Below are positions 11,814 through 26,090 of a stretch of 64,000 nucleotides of DNA, piece after piece (positions within the stretch are counted from its first letter, which is position 1; every line of letters begins with the position of its first letter). Made by a program: the position numbers and the translations under genes. Source of the DNA: Eledone cirrhosa (Eukaryota); NCBI GenBank assembly GCA_964016885.1, contig OZ024743.1, positions 358,174,001-358,238,000 on the forward strand. Reading direction: 5' to 3'. The notes beneath the pieces were generated by a model. It saw only the letters and a list, made by a program, of their open reading frames with translations, was not told where the DNA came from and did not search any database.

Positions 11814-12657
11814 ACACTTGAAAATGTATGATATGTATGTTACATTATATATAAGCGCGTTTAATTATTGGGGCATGCTTTAAAATACCAACAAAGCTAA
11901 CAGCTATTAAAAAAGGTTAAATTCTAACCCATTGATCTTGGCTAGAAAATTTCAAAGTAAACCAATCAATGAAGAACTAGAACAGCAAAGGATACTTCGA
12001 CAAAAAAATTGTTTCTGAATAAAATAAATATGGAAATTATATAAATCGATATATAGCCTCTTAGTCTTGAAGAATAACTCCCCTGAAGAGTATTACGGAT
12101 TCTTTCAATATTGGTTATTCCAATAACTTCTTTTTTCCGTAAACGAAATTATGGTAGGTAGATGATTTATATAAGTGAGACTAACTTAATTTTGTCTGTC
12201 TGGCTTATACTCCATTAAATTCGATATGAGGTTTGCTGCTGGTTTGAGTATGAGTGTGTGCGTTTGTCAATATATACACATATATGGAAAGGGAAAACTA
12301 CATTTTCGACATGCAAATCATCCACCGACATATGTTGCCTTGCGGTTTATTTTATTTAATACTACGATATTTTTTCTCTGCAAAATATTGGAATCCGTAC
12401 TGATTTTAATTATTTTTTATCGACTCTCGGATACCCCGACGGTGCTGTATAGTGAATCATTTATAAATAAAGGGCGAAATATCTTTCGTGGTGCGAACGC
12501 GCAACAACATATCTAAATTTGCTATTCATTTACTTTAATAGTTATATTTGCAGCCATTGTTGTCAGCGTGAGTACAATTTATATATATATATATATAAAG
12601 AAAATTTTCGCTCTACATGGCTGAATACAATAAATGTAATCTGAGTTTTTCGAATAT

Positions 12658-12850
12658 TAATAATTGTTTCTATTTTAGGCACAAGGCCAGCAATTATCCA
12701 GTACATTACTAGTACTTTATTTTATCGACCTCGTAAGGATGAAAGGCAAAGTTAACCTCGGCGGGATTTGAACTCAGATCATAAAGGGACGTAACTCTAT
12801 GCTTCAAAGCATGGCGTCCGACTCTCTACCGATACTGCCAATCCACCGCC
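12658..12850 (-). mobile_element. tRNA-derived SINE
   Basis: Minus strand: GGCGGTGGATTGGCAGTATCGGTAGAG (A-box region), GAGTTCAAATCCC (B box), GCCTTTCATCCTTACGAGGTCGATAAAAT central domain, ATT tail. Confidence 0.9.
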
Positions 12851-13008
12851 ATTTGGAATATTAATAACATTCGATTCGTTTGCAATTTTGCAAACAAGAC
12901 ATGGCTATAAAATTGAGGTTTGTTTACATAATTGCAAAAGAATCGAATGTTATTATTAATATTCGAAAAACTCAGATTACATATACATATATATATATAT
13001 ACATATAT

Positions 13009-13034
<26 letters not shown>

Positions 13035-13041
<7 letters not shown>

Positions 13042-13454
13042 AGATCAAAAGATAGTTAAAAGAGTTCCATGTATTTTATTATGCGCATTTCAAAAACAAA
13101 CATCATCATGCAATAACATTTGCGTTTTCGTCAGATAAAATAGGGAGACGTGATATGAAGGTTAAAACACACTTGTGAATAGTGCAGTCTTAAATCAACA
13201 TATGTTGATTTAAGACTGCACTATTCACAAGTGTGTTTTAACCTTCATATCACGTCTCCCTATTTTATCTGACGAAAACGCAAATGTTATTGCATGATGA
13301 TGTTTGTTTTTGAAATGCGCATAATAAAATACATGGAACTCTTTTAACTATCTTTTGATCTTATATATTATTTATACTCCAGTCCTACAAACTGTAGAGT
13401 GCTACTTATCCGATATCTGCATTGCTTTATTGTACTACAATAAAACTCACCTCC

Positions 13455-13458
<4 letters not shown>
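13035..13458. mobile_element. Perfect 334-bp palindrome (13035-13368) of an HHR-bearing element, plus a 3' extension to (TA)n
   Basis: Centre CAACAT|ATGTTG at 13201/13202; arms are exact reverse complements. A paralog lies at 36716-37142. Confidence 0.92.
13261..13331 (+). ncRNA. Type I hammerhead ribozyme (mirror copy - 13072-13142)
   Basis: TATTTTAT-CTGACGA-AAACGCAAATGTTATT gcat GATGATGTTTGTTTTT-GAAA-TGCGCA-TA-ATAAAATA. Confidence 0.88.
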
Positions 13459-13525
<67 letters not shown>

Positions 13526-13544
13526 CATAGTCCCTACTTTAAAA

Positions 13545-14190
13545 CTCATATATATGAATGTATGTATAGTATATTTGGCAATATACTGTATGTTTAATTA
13601 AAAGACATTTAGAAGACCATTCGCTGTGAGTAAAGTAGTGACGATGTCACTTACTTAATCTTGGCAAAAGTAACAGAGAGTGGCTGACAGACAGTCTGTT
13701 TCTCGCTTGTGAGCGTTTATCGAGACGATATATATACTTACACACACACACACACACATATATATAGAGAGAGAGAGAGATTGGGAGTGATCAGTTTAGA
13801 CTAGTTAGGAAGTACAGTGTAGGTATTATATATACACACACACGTATATATATATATATGTGTGTGTGTATGTGTGTGTGTGTGTTTGTTTGTTTCTCGC
13901 TTGTGAGCGTTTATCAAGACCACATACTCTGCCGCCTTTGCCGAGAATTATAGAAGCTGGATTCTTATAGAATTCCAGAAATTATCAGGAGCTGATTATA
14001 CAAAGTGATTGCAGGTCCAGCAAAAATTAGGTATTTGTATTGGTGCTCTGAAATAGCGATGTATACATGAATGTATGTATATTATATTTGGTAATACACT
14101 GTATGTTTAATTAAAAGCATTTAGAAGACTATTCGCTATGAGTTTTAAAGTAGTGACTATGTCACTTACTTAATCTCGGCAAAAGTAACA
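13545..14190 (-). mobile_element. Two diverged monomers of the 317-bp HHR family interrupted by microsatellites
   Basis: Shares GCTCTGAAATAGC, TTAATTAAAAGCATTT, AAAGTAGTGAC and ATCAGGAGCTGATTAT with the array. HHR remnants at 13682-13727 and ~13890-13922 (TTGATAA core). Confidence 0.8.
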
Positions 14191-14585
14191 TGTCTGTGTT
14201 TGTGTATATGTCCCGTTAACTTGTGTATATGTCCCGTTAACTAAAAAATACTAGGCTTGAAAATATGTACTGGAATCAATAAAATTAACTAAGTTCCTTG
14301 AAGGCGGTGCCCTAGCATGGCCGCGGTCTAATGACTATAACTAGTAAAAGAATAAAAGAATATACGTTACAATATTTTCAGGTCCAAAAAGTTTGGCCTT
14401 TTTTTACTACAATTCTCCATGAAACTTATGAAACTTTTTAGTATAGTGATCATTAGCTAAATTGCTACTAGTTCTCGTTGGCTATATTGAAAATTGAAGG
14501 GTACTTCCTAGTAAATAAATCAGAAAAAAATAATCTCGATACCACAAATGATAAATAAGAAATCTTATTAATACTTACCAATATA

Positions 14586-14773
14586 AATAATTGTTTCTAC
14601 TTTTGGCACAAGGCCAGCAATTACCCCAGTGTATTACTGGTACTTTATTTTATCGACCCCGTAAGGATGAAAGGCAAAGCTAACCTTGGCAGGATTTGAA
14701 CTCAGAACACAAAGGGCCATAACTCTATGCTGCAAAGCATGGTGTCCGACGCTCTACCGATTCTGCCAATCCA
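14586..14773 (-). mobile_element. tRNA-derived SINE
   Basis: Same family as 12658-12850. Confidence 0.9.
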
Positions 14774-15864
14774 AGGACAGGTGAAGTGCAATTACATCCA
14801 ATATTATACGTACACTTGCCAAACAGAAAATAACAGAAAATAAGTAACCAAAATTCTTAGTACGGTTTCTATATCTGCTGGATTAATTCCTCCTACGATG
14901 TTTTTAACTATACTGTGGTCGATATCGTCTCCCCATCACCACTTACACAATTTGTCTCTTTTAACAAACGAGACGCCTCTAGTCCCAGCATTCTTACGAG
15001 CAATCTAAACTAGTACTTACTAAATTCATACACCAACAATATTTTTTATATTCTTGTTTCATCGGAGGTTCATTCTAAATATTTTCTGATCATCTATATA
15101 TTTTTTTTCCTGGCCGCGGACTAAAATTTGGGAAATGCCGATGTAATCACAGTTTATGGTGAAAGAGAAAAAACGGTATATCGGAAAATAAACGGACAAG
15201 CTAATTAAAATAAAAAGTAGATAAAGAAAAGAATTTGAAGTCTATATACAGAATTGTATAAGGAATATGTTATTTACGTTTGAATAAAACGCTAAACAAA
15301 TATATGAGCAACTGGTGCGACCCAAACTTATGTCTCCTTGATGTCGCCCTGCTTTAATTACCACTAAACTATATCTCTTTGACATGATCTATTTGTCATA
15401 TTAACGTCTCCATACCAATACGCCGGTGTGTTTAATTTCGACTCGATTATATGAGGCCACCTCCATTATTATTTGACGCTAAAACTGGCGACAAGTTGAC
15501 TGATTTGCTCATATCATTTTAAGGAAATTATTTGTCATTTTCTTACCATGTGGAAAGATGTTCGACAGTTAAATTCAATTCATTGATGGCTAAGCCAGAA
15601 CTGAACGACGATTACATGTTTGTATTTAAACAAAGAGTATATTATAAACTGCTGACCATTGTATATTGTGTATATAGTTATACGTAGTTATACATTAACT
15701 TAGAATGCTGTAAGACGAAGGGGTGGTGGATTTGCAGAGTCGGTAGAGTATCAGAGAAAATACTTTGCGGTATTTATTCCAGGTATGTACTGGGTTCGAT
15801 TTAATTGTCTTTCCCCAATCAAATAGATTTCTGTCGTTGAGGCCAAATGAGAAACCATGATTTA

Positions 15865-16256
15865 GATTGGCAGTATCGGTAGATGGTCGGACGCCATGCT
15901 TTGCAGTATAGAGTTACGGCCCTTTATGATCTGAGTTCAAATCCCACTGAGGTTGATTTTGCCTTTTATCCTTACGGGGTCGATCAAATAAAGTACCAGT
16001 CACGCACTGGCGTCGATTTAATCGACTGTCCCCTCCCCAAAAATTTCTGGCCTTGTGTATGTATAAGAAACCATTATTATTGTTCAGGATCGGACGCCAT
16101 GCTGTGCAACATAGAGTTACGGCTTTTACGGTATGAGTTCAAATCCCGACGAGGTTAACTTTGCCTTTCATCCTTACGGGGTCGATAAAATAAAGTACCA
16201 GTAATGCATTGATATAATTGCTGGCCTTGTGCCAAAAATAGAAGCCATTATTATTG
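15865..16256 (+). mobile_element. Two tandem tRNA-derived SINEs (~15865-16083, ~16087-16256)
   Basis: B box GAGTTCAAATCCC and the GCCTTT.ATCCTTACGGGGTCGAT domain each appear twice. Confidence 0.88.
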
Positions 16257-17385
16257 TTCAAGAACTCAAGTTCTGTGTAATGGTAGCAAACTGATAATGG
16301 GTTGGAGTAAATGTAAATAGAAGTCTCTTTGTGCTTTTAGTTTATACCCTGCTGAAGTCGACATTACCTTTCATTCTTTCGGGGAGGATATTAATCAATA
16401 ACTGGAGTGTGTTAAATTGAAACACGCATTCCTCCTTTGCTTTATACAAACTATGAATTTCACAGAACACCCTTTAAAATAATATTTAGATGGTAACACA
16501 CGATATGCTACCAAGATTACTTATGAAAATTGAAGTTGAAAAGAAAATCTTTGCTTCGATTAATACATATGAAGAAAAAAAGACAAGTTATATTAAATAT
16601 AAAACAACGGAAATACTTGTCTCCTATAAATGATAGTATTTTATATAAATTGACAAACTATGAAAACTTTCCTAACACTTACCATCGTGATAAGAAGTTT
16701 TTAGTTACAGGGTATAACGAACCCCAAGTTACAGTGATGAATACTGCAGGAAAAGCTGAAATCATGAATAAGTATTTTTCGAAAAGTATGAAAAAATAAT
16801 GACGAAAATTTTGATGAAAACTTTCCCACATTATCGAACGGATATAAATGTGGTTCTTCAAAAGCAGACTATCAGCGCTCTTTAGAACAATTTGTGATAG
16901 AACAAATGATAGATGTAGACTTGTGTCAGCGAAATCTAATGATTAATAAATGTTAGCTATTAGATAATGGTGCTTTCCATGATAGCTATATATTAGTTAT
17001 TATTAGCTACAGTATTATAGACATTTCTTCGATCGATGTGCATTTGCTTTTGTTTCTTTTTATTGAAGAATAATTATATAGAAATATTCTTGATGTAGTG
17101 CATTTACTATTATACGTGATATTGATTGTTTGTTGATTGATACTGTAGACCTAATATCATTATCCAAATATTTAAGAGCAGTGAATGGTAGAATCAACAT
17201 TAGATTTTGTTAGATTGCGTTACATCCTTTTACGCTCTGTATTGAAATCACATCGGGCTCAAATATTCGTTTCTTCCTTCAGAGATCGATGAATCATAAT
17301 ATCTTCAATATACTGAGGACTAGATTCAACCGACTATACATCTTCCCTGAAAACTATAATTCAATTATCTAATATCTATTCTTTG

Positions 17386-17772
<387 letters not shown>

Positions 17773-17971
17773 ATATATATATGTTGGTTTAATGAAGATG
17801 GAAGTAGAGAGGGTGTGGTGAGAGTGATTAATAGATAGAGAGATATCTAGAAAAGTGACAGAAGAATCGGAGATGGAGGCCGTGAAAGTGAGAGCAGGAT
17901 AGAAAGATTGGACAAAAGAAAGAAAACAGTCGAGTTGTTCTCGTGATAGAGAGGTGACGCCGATACAGTCG

Positions 17972-18068
<97 letters not shown>

Positions 18069-18711
18069 GTTATATAGTAAGGTGTATCATTGGTTGTGTC
18101 ATACGGTCCAATAAACTTTTGTCAGCAATATTGAGTTCTCCACGCTTTTTCGGAAACACATAGACAAATGCGGAAACAAAGACGGAAGGCCCATTGTCAC
18201 AATTCTAGCGACTGAAAGAAACGTCGGCACGTTACGTATCAAGAAGCGCTTTTTATCAAACGCCTGCAACTGCAAATAAACAATCGATCAGAGAGAAGCG
18301 AAATGAAATGGCTAGTTTAAGTTAACAAACGATGCAGCAACACACGCACACACACACACACAAACGAGACAACTACACACACACACAGTAGCATTCCACC
18401 ATACGAACATACTACACTGCCAATACAGAGGAACAAGGCAACAACACACGCACACGCACACACACACACACTCAAGCGAGACAACAACACACGCACACAC
18501 ACACACAGTAACATTTAACAAACAGGCAGAGAATGGACTGACAGCTAGCGCCACCCCACTCTCTCATTCGGCCGCTGACCTCTGCCCGACCGACCCCATT
18601 TCACGCGCACGCGCGCTCTGCTGAATACCTCAGATATTCAAAACAACAAACAGCGGAGGAAGCGTTTCGCACCTGTCCGACAGACAACCTTTCCCCCACC
18701 CCGGAAAAAAC

Positions 18712-18747
18712 CCCCAGTTGATGGATGTGAATCCGAAATATATAGGG
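18712..18747 (+). ncRNA. Degenerate minimal hammerhead (core mutated)
   Basis: CCC-CAGTTGA-TGGAT gtga ATCC-GAAA-TATA-TA-GGG. Confidence 0.45.
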
Positions 18748-19045
18748 ACAATTAAATCTCTCCCAAGGTAACTCTCTCTCGTGTTGTTATTTTTATTTTA
18801 TCCTTCATACTCTTCCCTTCTTTCTTCTACACATTTACACATCTTTACACACCACGCATCTCAACGTACACCCACTTACATCTCTCTCTCCACCACCGGA
18901 TCTTGTTACCCGGAGATTTACCCATTTGCATTGTCGAGGCTTCCAAACGACTTAAAGATATTTACATATATATATATATACATATGTGTGTGGGGTGGGG
19001 GTGGGGGTGCGCGCGCGTGTGTGGGGGGAGGGGTGTCTGTGTGTT

Positions 19046-19113
<68 letters not shown>

Positions 19114-19324
19114 CAATCTGCGTACGGCAGCAAATTGCTAGAGTTGTTAGAATGTCAGGTAGAATGTTTTGCGGTATTCGTCCCGGCTCTCTGCCCTTTG
19201 GGTTCAAATTCCGCTAAGATCAAATTTATACCAGCCCATTAGTGGGGTCAGTACTTCTATATCTCTTTCCCGCTTCCTCACTGTCACTATCTCACGCTCT
19301 CTCTCTCTCTCTCTCACTCTCCCC

Positions 19325-19357
<33 letters not shown>

Positions 19358-19769
19358 TCTCTCTCTCTCTCTCTCCCTCCCTCTCTCTCTCTCTTTCTCC
19401 CCTTTCTGCAAGAAATCGGCTGTAAGCAGACCTGGAGAGAGGATGGGCTCTACCAGGTTTAAAGTGCCCAAGCCACAACGGTGCTCCTGCGACACCATCA
19501 GGAGTTATGGAGCTATACATACACATGTGTGACTGTACAAATATGTGTTAATGCTACTGCTAAGTAATTCTAACTGTACAAACTCCTACTATATGCAGGT
19601 GAGCACCTCCAGCAGAGTAGTTAGTCGTCACGGACTATGGTCAAAATTCCTGAACCACATGCCTGGCGTTCTCACACGGCTATTAAGATATCTGTGACAT
19701 TATCACAGCTTCAAGTGAGACTTAAGAATGTCTATTACACATAAACATATCGTATATCTCCCTATTATA

Positions 19770-19811
<42 letters not shown>

Positions 19812-20413
19812 AGAATGTTTGTGTGCGCACGCACGTGCAATTGTGCAATTTTCTGTTTTGTCTATCTCTATCTTACTCTGTCTTGCTTATTTCTTTCTAC
19901 ACTTTCCCTCTTTCCTACTCACTCACACTCACACACACTCTCTCTCTCTCTCTCTCTCTTTCTCAGGCATGCACTCTCTCCCTCACTTTAACTCATCTAT
20001 TTCCATTGTCTTTGACACTTATCTGCGAGGTGTTTCTGATAAGTATGACATTTCAGTTTCTTCACTGTTCTTCCTTCCTCTCCACAAATATCTAAAGCAG
20101 ACAAACGATAACTTTCTGAATAAATGTCGTCTTTTGTCAGCACACCACTGGGGAATGAAGTGACGTTTGTCAATCAAACGTGAACATACTGTCTAGTTGC
20201 ATTACAAGAAAAATTAAGGAACACTGAGATGCTATTATTTTATAAAATAATATATGAAATGTATGAAAGGCTTGAAAGAAATGGTTCCTTCGTGAAATTT
20301 GGAATGTTATTAACTTTCTTACATATTCTACATCCAAATACACCAACACATCCATCACTTTCATATAATTATATTTTGTTTAAAGTACACACATATATAC
20401 GCGCGCGCACACG

Positions 20414-20449
<36 letters not shown>

Positions 20450-20458
<9 letters not shown>

Positions 20459-23400
20459 TTTTTTGCTTCTGGACCTCCAGAAGCAAAAACCCGGCAACCG
20501 AAAAACGCCGTTCTTCTTGCTTCCATTTGTCGCGACTCCCGCCATGCAAAAAACGTTCAATCAATCAGGATTATCCACCGTAAGTCTCTTTAAATTAACG
20601 CTCACCATATTCAGCAAACTTTTTATGCCGATTCTTCCATTTCTTATATAAGGACTATCAACACTATACCGCCGCGCATCATCCTGTATTGCGCCCAGTC
20701 TTCTCAAGCGATCATCGAGCCTCCATGCGTTCTCTTCATTCCCGTGGTCCCACTACCGTAGCATAATGAGGCATCCGTCAACCCCTGCTTTCTCCTTTCC
20801 CTGCACGCCGTCGACCCACTGCATCGTTGTGCATCACCATGCGCATCTCTGCCCTGTCAGCCGCAATTCATTCCCCGGCCCTTTCCATTGCCTGCCCTCT
20901 GTGGTCCCTAAGGACTGCACACAGCTCAACATGCCGAATCCCTGCCACCGTCCATCCCTGCCCATTTCCATTGCCTACACTCCGGGAGAGCTCAAGACTT
21001 TCATGCCTCACCAGGCCGCATCCCTGCCACCGTCAACCCCTGCCCTCTCCCTTCTCTACACGCCGTCGTCCCACTGCATCGTCATGCCTCACCATGCCGC
21101 ATTACTGCCCTGTCGGCCACTATCCCCTCCTCAGCCCTTTCTTTTGCCTGCTTGCCGTGCTCCTTCAAGACTGCCATGCCTAACCAAGCCGCATCCCTGC
21201 CACCATCAAGTCCTGCCCTCTCCCTTCCCTGCACGCCGTCGTCCCACTGCATTGTCATGCCTCACCATGCCACATCCATGCTCTGTCATCCGCCAAGCCC
21301 TCCCCTGCCCTCTCCCTTACCCGCACGCCTTGGTCCTTCACGAGTGCCATGGCCCACCATGCGGAATCCCTGCAACCATCAATCCCGGCCATCTCCCTTC
21401 CCTGCACGCCGTCGACCCATTGCATCGTTATTCCTCACCATGCCGCATCCATGATCTGTCAGCCGCCATCCCCTCCTCAGCCCTTTATTTTGCCTGCCCG
21501 CCGTGCTTCCTTCAAGACTGCCATGCCTTACCAAGCCGCATCCTTGCTACAGTCAACCCCTGCCCTATCCCTTGCCCGCACGCCTTGGTCCCTCACGACT
21601 GCCATGGCTCACCATGCGACATTCCTGCCCTGTCAGCAACTTGCTCAAATGTCATCAGCATGGTTTATTCCTGCGCCGCACATAACCGCCCATTATCTCA
21701 GACCAAAGACAACACCGAACATGAAGACGATCCTGTGTAAGTCTTTTTACATTCATTTTGACCATATTTAACAAAATTAAACAAAAATTCATCCCTTTCT
21801 CCTCCAAAGCCTACCGATCATGTATGGCCGATAAACATCCTGCCTTGCACCCGGTTTTCTCAAACAATCATCGTGCCTCCCGGTGCTCTCTACATTTCCG
21901 AGGGGCAACTTAATTGGCATGCCGCATCCACGCCCTGTCAGCCGCCATGCACCCTGCCCTTTCGTCATGCCTCATCATGTTGCATCCCTGACCTGTCAGC
22001 CGCCATCCACTCCCCGACCCTTTGCACTGCCTCAGCATGGCAGTCTTGAGGGACCAAGTCGCATCCCTGCCACCGTCAACCCCTGCCCTCTTCGTTCCCT
22101 GCACGCCGTCATCCCACTGCATCGTTATACATCACCAGTCCGCATCAATGCTCTGTCAGCTGCCATCCCCTCCTCGGCCCTTTCTTTTGCCTGTTCGCAG
22201 TGCTCCTTCAAGACTGCCATGGCTCACCATGCGGCATCCTTGCCACCGTCCACTCCTGTCCTCTTCTTTGCCTACTGGCCGCCGTCCCACTGCATCGTCA
22301 TGCCTCAGGATGCCGCATCCATGCACTGTAAGCCACCATCCCCTCCTCGGCCTCGGCCCTTTCTTTTGCCTGACCGCCCTGCTCCTTCAAGACTACCATG
22401 GCTATCTATGCCGCATTAATTCCTTGTCACCCGCTTAAACGTCATCAGCATGGCTTATTGTTGACCCATTTGACCACCGATTTTCGCAGGCTAAACACAA
22501 TACCAACGTGCACGATAGTCCATGGTAAATCTTTTTAATTACATGTTCATCATGCTAAGCAAAGGAGGAATAGCAACTCTTTCATTTCTCCTGACATGCC
22601 TTTCTGTCAATTATGGCCGTGAAGCATCCTGTGTAGCATCGCGTCTTCTCAAGCGATCAGCGTGCCTTCCACTTTCCTCACAATTGACTCACAACGCCGC
22701 ATCTATTCCCTGCGACGCCCCTAAACATCATCAGCATGGGTAATTTTTCTGCCGCGTTTAACCGGCCCTCATTCTAGGCCATAAACAACAAAACCGCACG
22801 ATGATGCTGCGTAAGTCTATTTAAATTAATGGTCAACATGTTCAGCCAATTCTTCCTCTTCACTTCCAAGGCCTATCCATTACATCTTAGGGGTCAGGAT
22901 TCGCAATTTTTACGATTTCAATATTGACACAACAGTCCGTCAGGTTTTTCGGCACATAGGAATATCAACGTGATTTTCACTTAATTCGTTAAGTGTTCAG
23001 TCTTCCGTATGCTTTTATTTTTTATTGATACAACACCGACTACAATCATCTAACTTCACTTTGTAGGCTAGACGCGAATCACAAGGAAAACAGTCCTCTG
23101 ATATACAACCCCACCAAATTCTTTGGTCTACCTAGATTTCAATGGCTATATCCTTTGCTTTTGTACGGTTGTACATTTGACAATGTCGCAAAACATTATT
23201 CCATTTGATTCTTACCTTTCAGCTATGAATTGGGCAGTGCCTTAAAATCCCGGTTTATTTGCGTGCAATTTTTTGGTATCTTATGAATGGAGAATCGAAA
23301 ACCCTTTTTCTCATAACCTGATACATGCGTTACACATGCTCCATGGATGTTTGTGGACTATTTTTTCAAAATACCAATATCACAGATTGGAGCACAAAAA

Positions 23401-24178
23401 GAAACGTTTGTTCTTGATTTATTTCGGTTTAAGCATTCTGCTGGAATTTAGCGCAGACCCGTTTAAATCCAGCACCTTATAACTCCGACTGTAACCGGGT
23501 ACACCAGCTAGAAAGACAAATGGAAACATTGTTTCCTCGGTCCGATTTGACGAAAGTCGATTTAGTTCCACAACAAATTAACAAACCATACTTGAAGACA
23601 TGTTGAGGCTGTTGCAAAGGGCAATAACCCTAGACAGAATTTTGATCAACTTTTTTTCACCTAGAGCAAATTTACCGGGACAGGTTTTTAGCTACTCAAA
23701 TCTACTTCAGATGTCACGCTTTCATGCAAAAAACAAGGCAAAGTTGCACATGGGAAAACTTTTTACAGGAACGTCCGATTTTCTTGAAAACTGTCGCAAA
23801 AGACTCGCCATTATGCCGCGGTTCAGATAAAGTCCCTTTTATTTCTTCTTCTGCACATGTGAGCGCGAAAATTGTAAAAAAAAAAAAACTGTGAAAGAAT
23901 CGACTTTTTCACCCTGCTTTAAAAATCAACTGAAAATTCAATTTCAAGTGAATTAGACTTCCGTCAGTCGTGCAAAGAACAATTTCAACGATACACTTTG
24001 TACCTACAATTGATCCATTATTTATGCTCAATTACACACCTGCGTCTACTAACCTCTGTTTTTTTCCTTGAGGTTCGAAGGTTTTTGCACCTGTGATGCG
24101 CGGGAAGTAACTTTCACACATTTTAACAACAGAGCAAAGGTCGACTTACACCCGGGCAACGCCGGGTACTTCTGCTAA
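20450..24178 (+). mobile_element. Helitron-like non-autonomous element carrying a GC-rich composite minisatellite
   Basis: 3' hairpin CCCGGGCAACGCCGGG (24151-24166) followed by CTAA. A second terminus-like CCGGGTACACCAGCTAG ends at 23511. The 5' boundary is uncertain. Confidence 0.55.
20653..22870. repeat. C-rich higher-order minisatellite
   Basis: Recurrent CATGCCTCACCATGCCGCATCCCTGCCACCGTCAACCCCTGCC and CTGCACGCCGTCGTCCCACTGCATCGT subunits, arranged in larger blocks starting at ~20580, 21737, 22524 and 22811. Confidence 0.9.
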
Positions 24179-24226
24179 TATATATATATATGTGTATGTA
24201 TGTATGTATGTATGTATGTATGTATG

Positions 24227-24258
<32 letters not shown>

Positions 24259-24340
24259 AGGTAAACAGAAATAACAACACAATCGGTACAGTATATGGAA
24301 GGAATATATTAGGTTGACGCTTGAAATACCAGGAAGAGGG

Positions 24341-24376
24341 TCTTAACGTTTCGGACGCTAGTCCTTCATCAGAAGA
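24341..24376 (-). ncRNA. Minimal type I hammerhead ribozyme
   Basis: Minus strand: TCTT-CTGATGA-A-GGAC tagc GTCC-GAAA-CG-TT-AAGA. A family paralog lies at 55511-55610. Confidence 0.85.
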
Positions 24377-24549
24377 AAGAATGAGAAATTAGATAGATTG
24401 AAGAGAGGGGCGGGGTGGAATTGGAAAAAATGTCTTTAGATAAAAATAACAGGTCCATACATGTTGCCGTCTCTGTCTCCATATATATTATAAAGTGAAA
24501 TGACAAGAGGCCAAATATGTTCAATTTCCTTCACTTTTTATTTCTGCAA

Positions 24550-24607
24550 ACACTATGCACATTTCAGTGGCCAGGTTCCATAAGAACCCGGTGACCTCAT
24601 CAGGTGT
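24550..24607 (-). ncRNA. Type I hammerhead ribozyme
   Basis: Minus strand: ACAC-CTGATGA-GGTCACCGGGTTC ttatg GAACCTGGCCACT-GAAA-TGTGCA-TA-GTGT. Confidence 0.8.
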
Positions 24608-24790
24608 AAATTTTGTAGTAGATGTATACCAACGGAATGGTGGTAAACTTTAAGGAAACAAGCAAAGAAAAAACAGAGAGGAAAAAGTGTGTGCTATGTT
24701 TTTGACTCAGAGACAGACGTAGTAGCATGCTGCCATATTGCTCCCCCTCCATATGTGGTGGAGAGATATCATATATATATATATATAAGA

Positions 24791-24906
<116 letters not shown>

Positions 24907-25339
24907 ATACCGCCACCACATATGAGGGGTGGAGTTTTATAGAAATAAAAAAACTGCAATGTGACAACATTGGCACTAGAATAGCAATTAGAAGAAGCAG
25001 CAGGAAAACCGAGTAATATAAAATAGAAACATGACAAAAACAAAACAGAAAATTATAAATAATGAAACAATAAAGTACAAATTAGGGAATACAGCGAGGA
25101 AAATACCAAAACAACAACATAAATAATAAAACATGAGAAAATCAATACAGAAGTCTAAAATTTCATAAGGTTTATTCAAATATTGAACATATATAAGCAA
25201 ATAACAACAGTACTCACTACATAAAGTAGAGTTATATTGAATATTCAAGGAAAGGGAAGAGTAAGGCAAGGGCTACAGTTTTTAGAAGATAGCAAGAAAA
25301 TCAAATGATGATCGATATTCTCTGAGACTCTATGGGGTA

Positions 25340-26090
25340 GAAATAAGACCGGGTAAGAATTAACAATGGTTCATGAACTTTAGACTAAAAGCAGAAATGG
25401 CTGTAGCTGAGCAGGATTAATCATTAGCCACAAATAAATATGAGAATAACTATTAAAATAATTGTTTCTACTTTTGGCACAAGGCCAGCAATTACCCAGT
25501 GCATTACTGGTACTTTATTTTATCGACCCCGTAAGGATGAAAGGCAAAGTTAACCTCGGCGGGATTTGAACTCAGAATGGCAAGGGCCGTAACTATGCGT
25601 CAAAGCATGGCGTCCGACCCTCTACCGATACTGCCAATCCACCTCCTATAACTATTAAAATAATAGGCTATCATCAAGCTTAGATTATACAATGAGACAA
25701 CTGGCTACTTAGTCCTTGTAAAACTCGAGTATATCCACAGATACGATCGAGTCCGCAACTATGCTGACTTTTCAACCTAAAAACATTTATGGCTTATCAA
25801 TGACGATGACAAAAATCTCTGTATTCTGATAGATATCTTGACGTTTCTTGACCAAAACATCGCCTGGAAATTGGAGATTGCCAGCCAAACTATCAAAATA
25901 TAGGATTTTGAAAATGAAATAAGCAAGAGTTGAGCTTGAGAGTGAAAGCTGTAACAATGATAATTGGAACACTAGATATGATAGAAATAAAAACATTAAC
26001 AAAACGAAAAATCATACAAAATCATAAATTCTACACAGTCCCAAAAATAGCCCTGTTAGGCATAGTCTGCATCCTATGCGAAACAATTTC
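25340..26090 (+). pseudogene. Highly decayed C-terminal (RLE) remnant of an R4/Dong-type LINE, interrupted by a SINE
   Basis: Fragments WFMNFRLKAEMAVAEQD*SLATNKY, KLSKY, MIIGTLDMI and PKIALLG. A similar remnant lies at ~27275-27400. Confidence 0.6.
25463..25647 (-). mobile_element. tRNA-derived SINE with 17-bp TSD
   Basis: Family match. ATAACTATTAAAATAAT occurs at 25446-25462 and 25648-25664. Confidence 0.92.
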
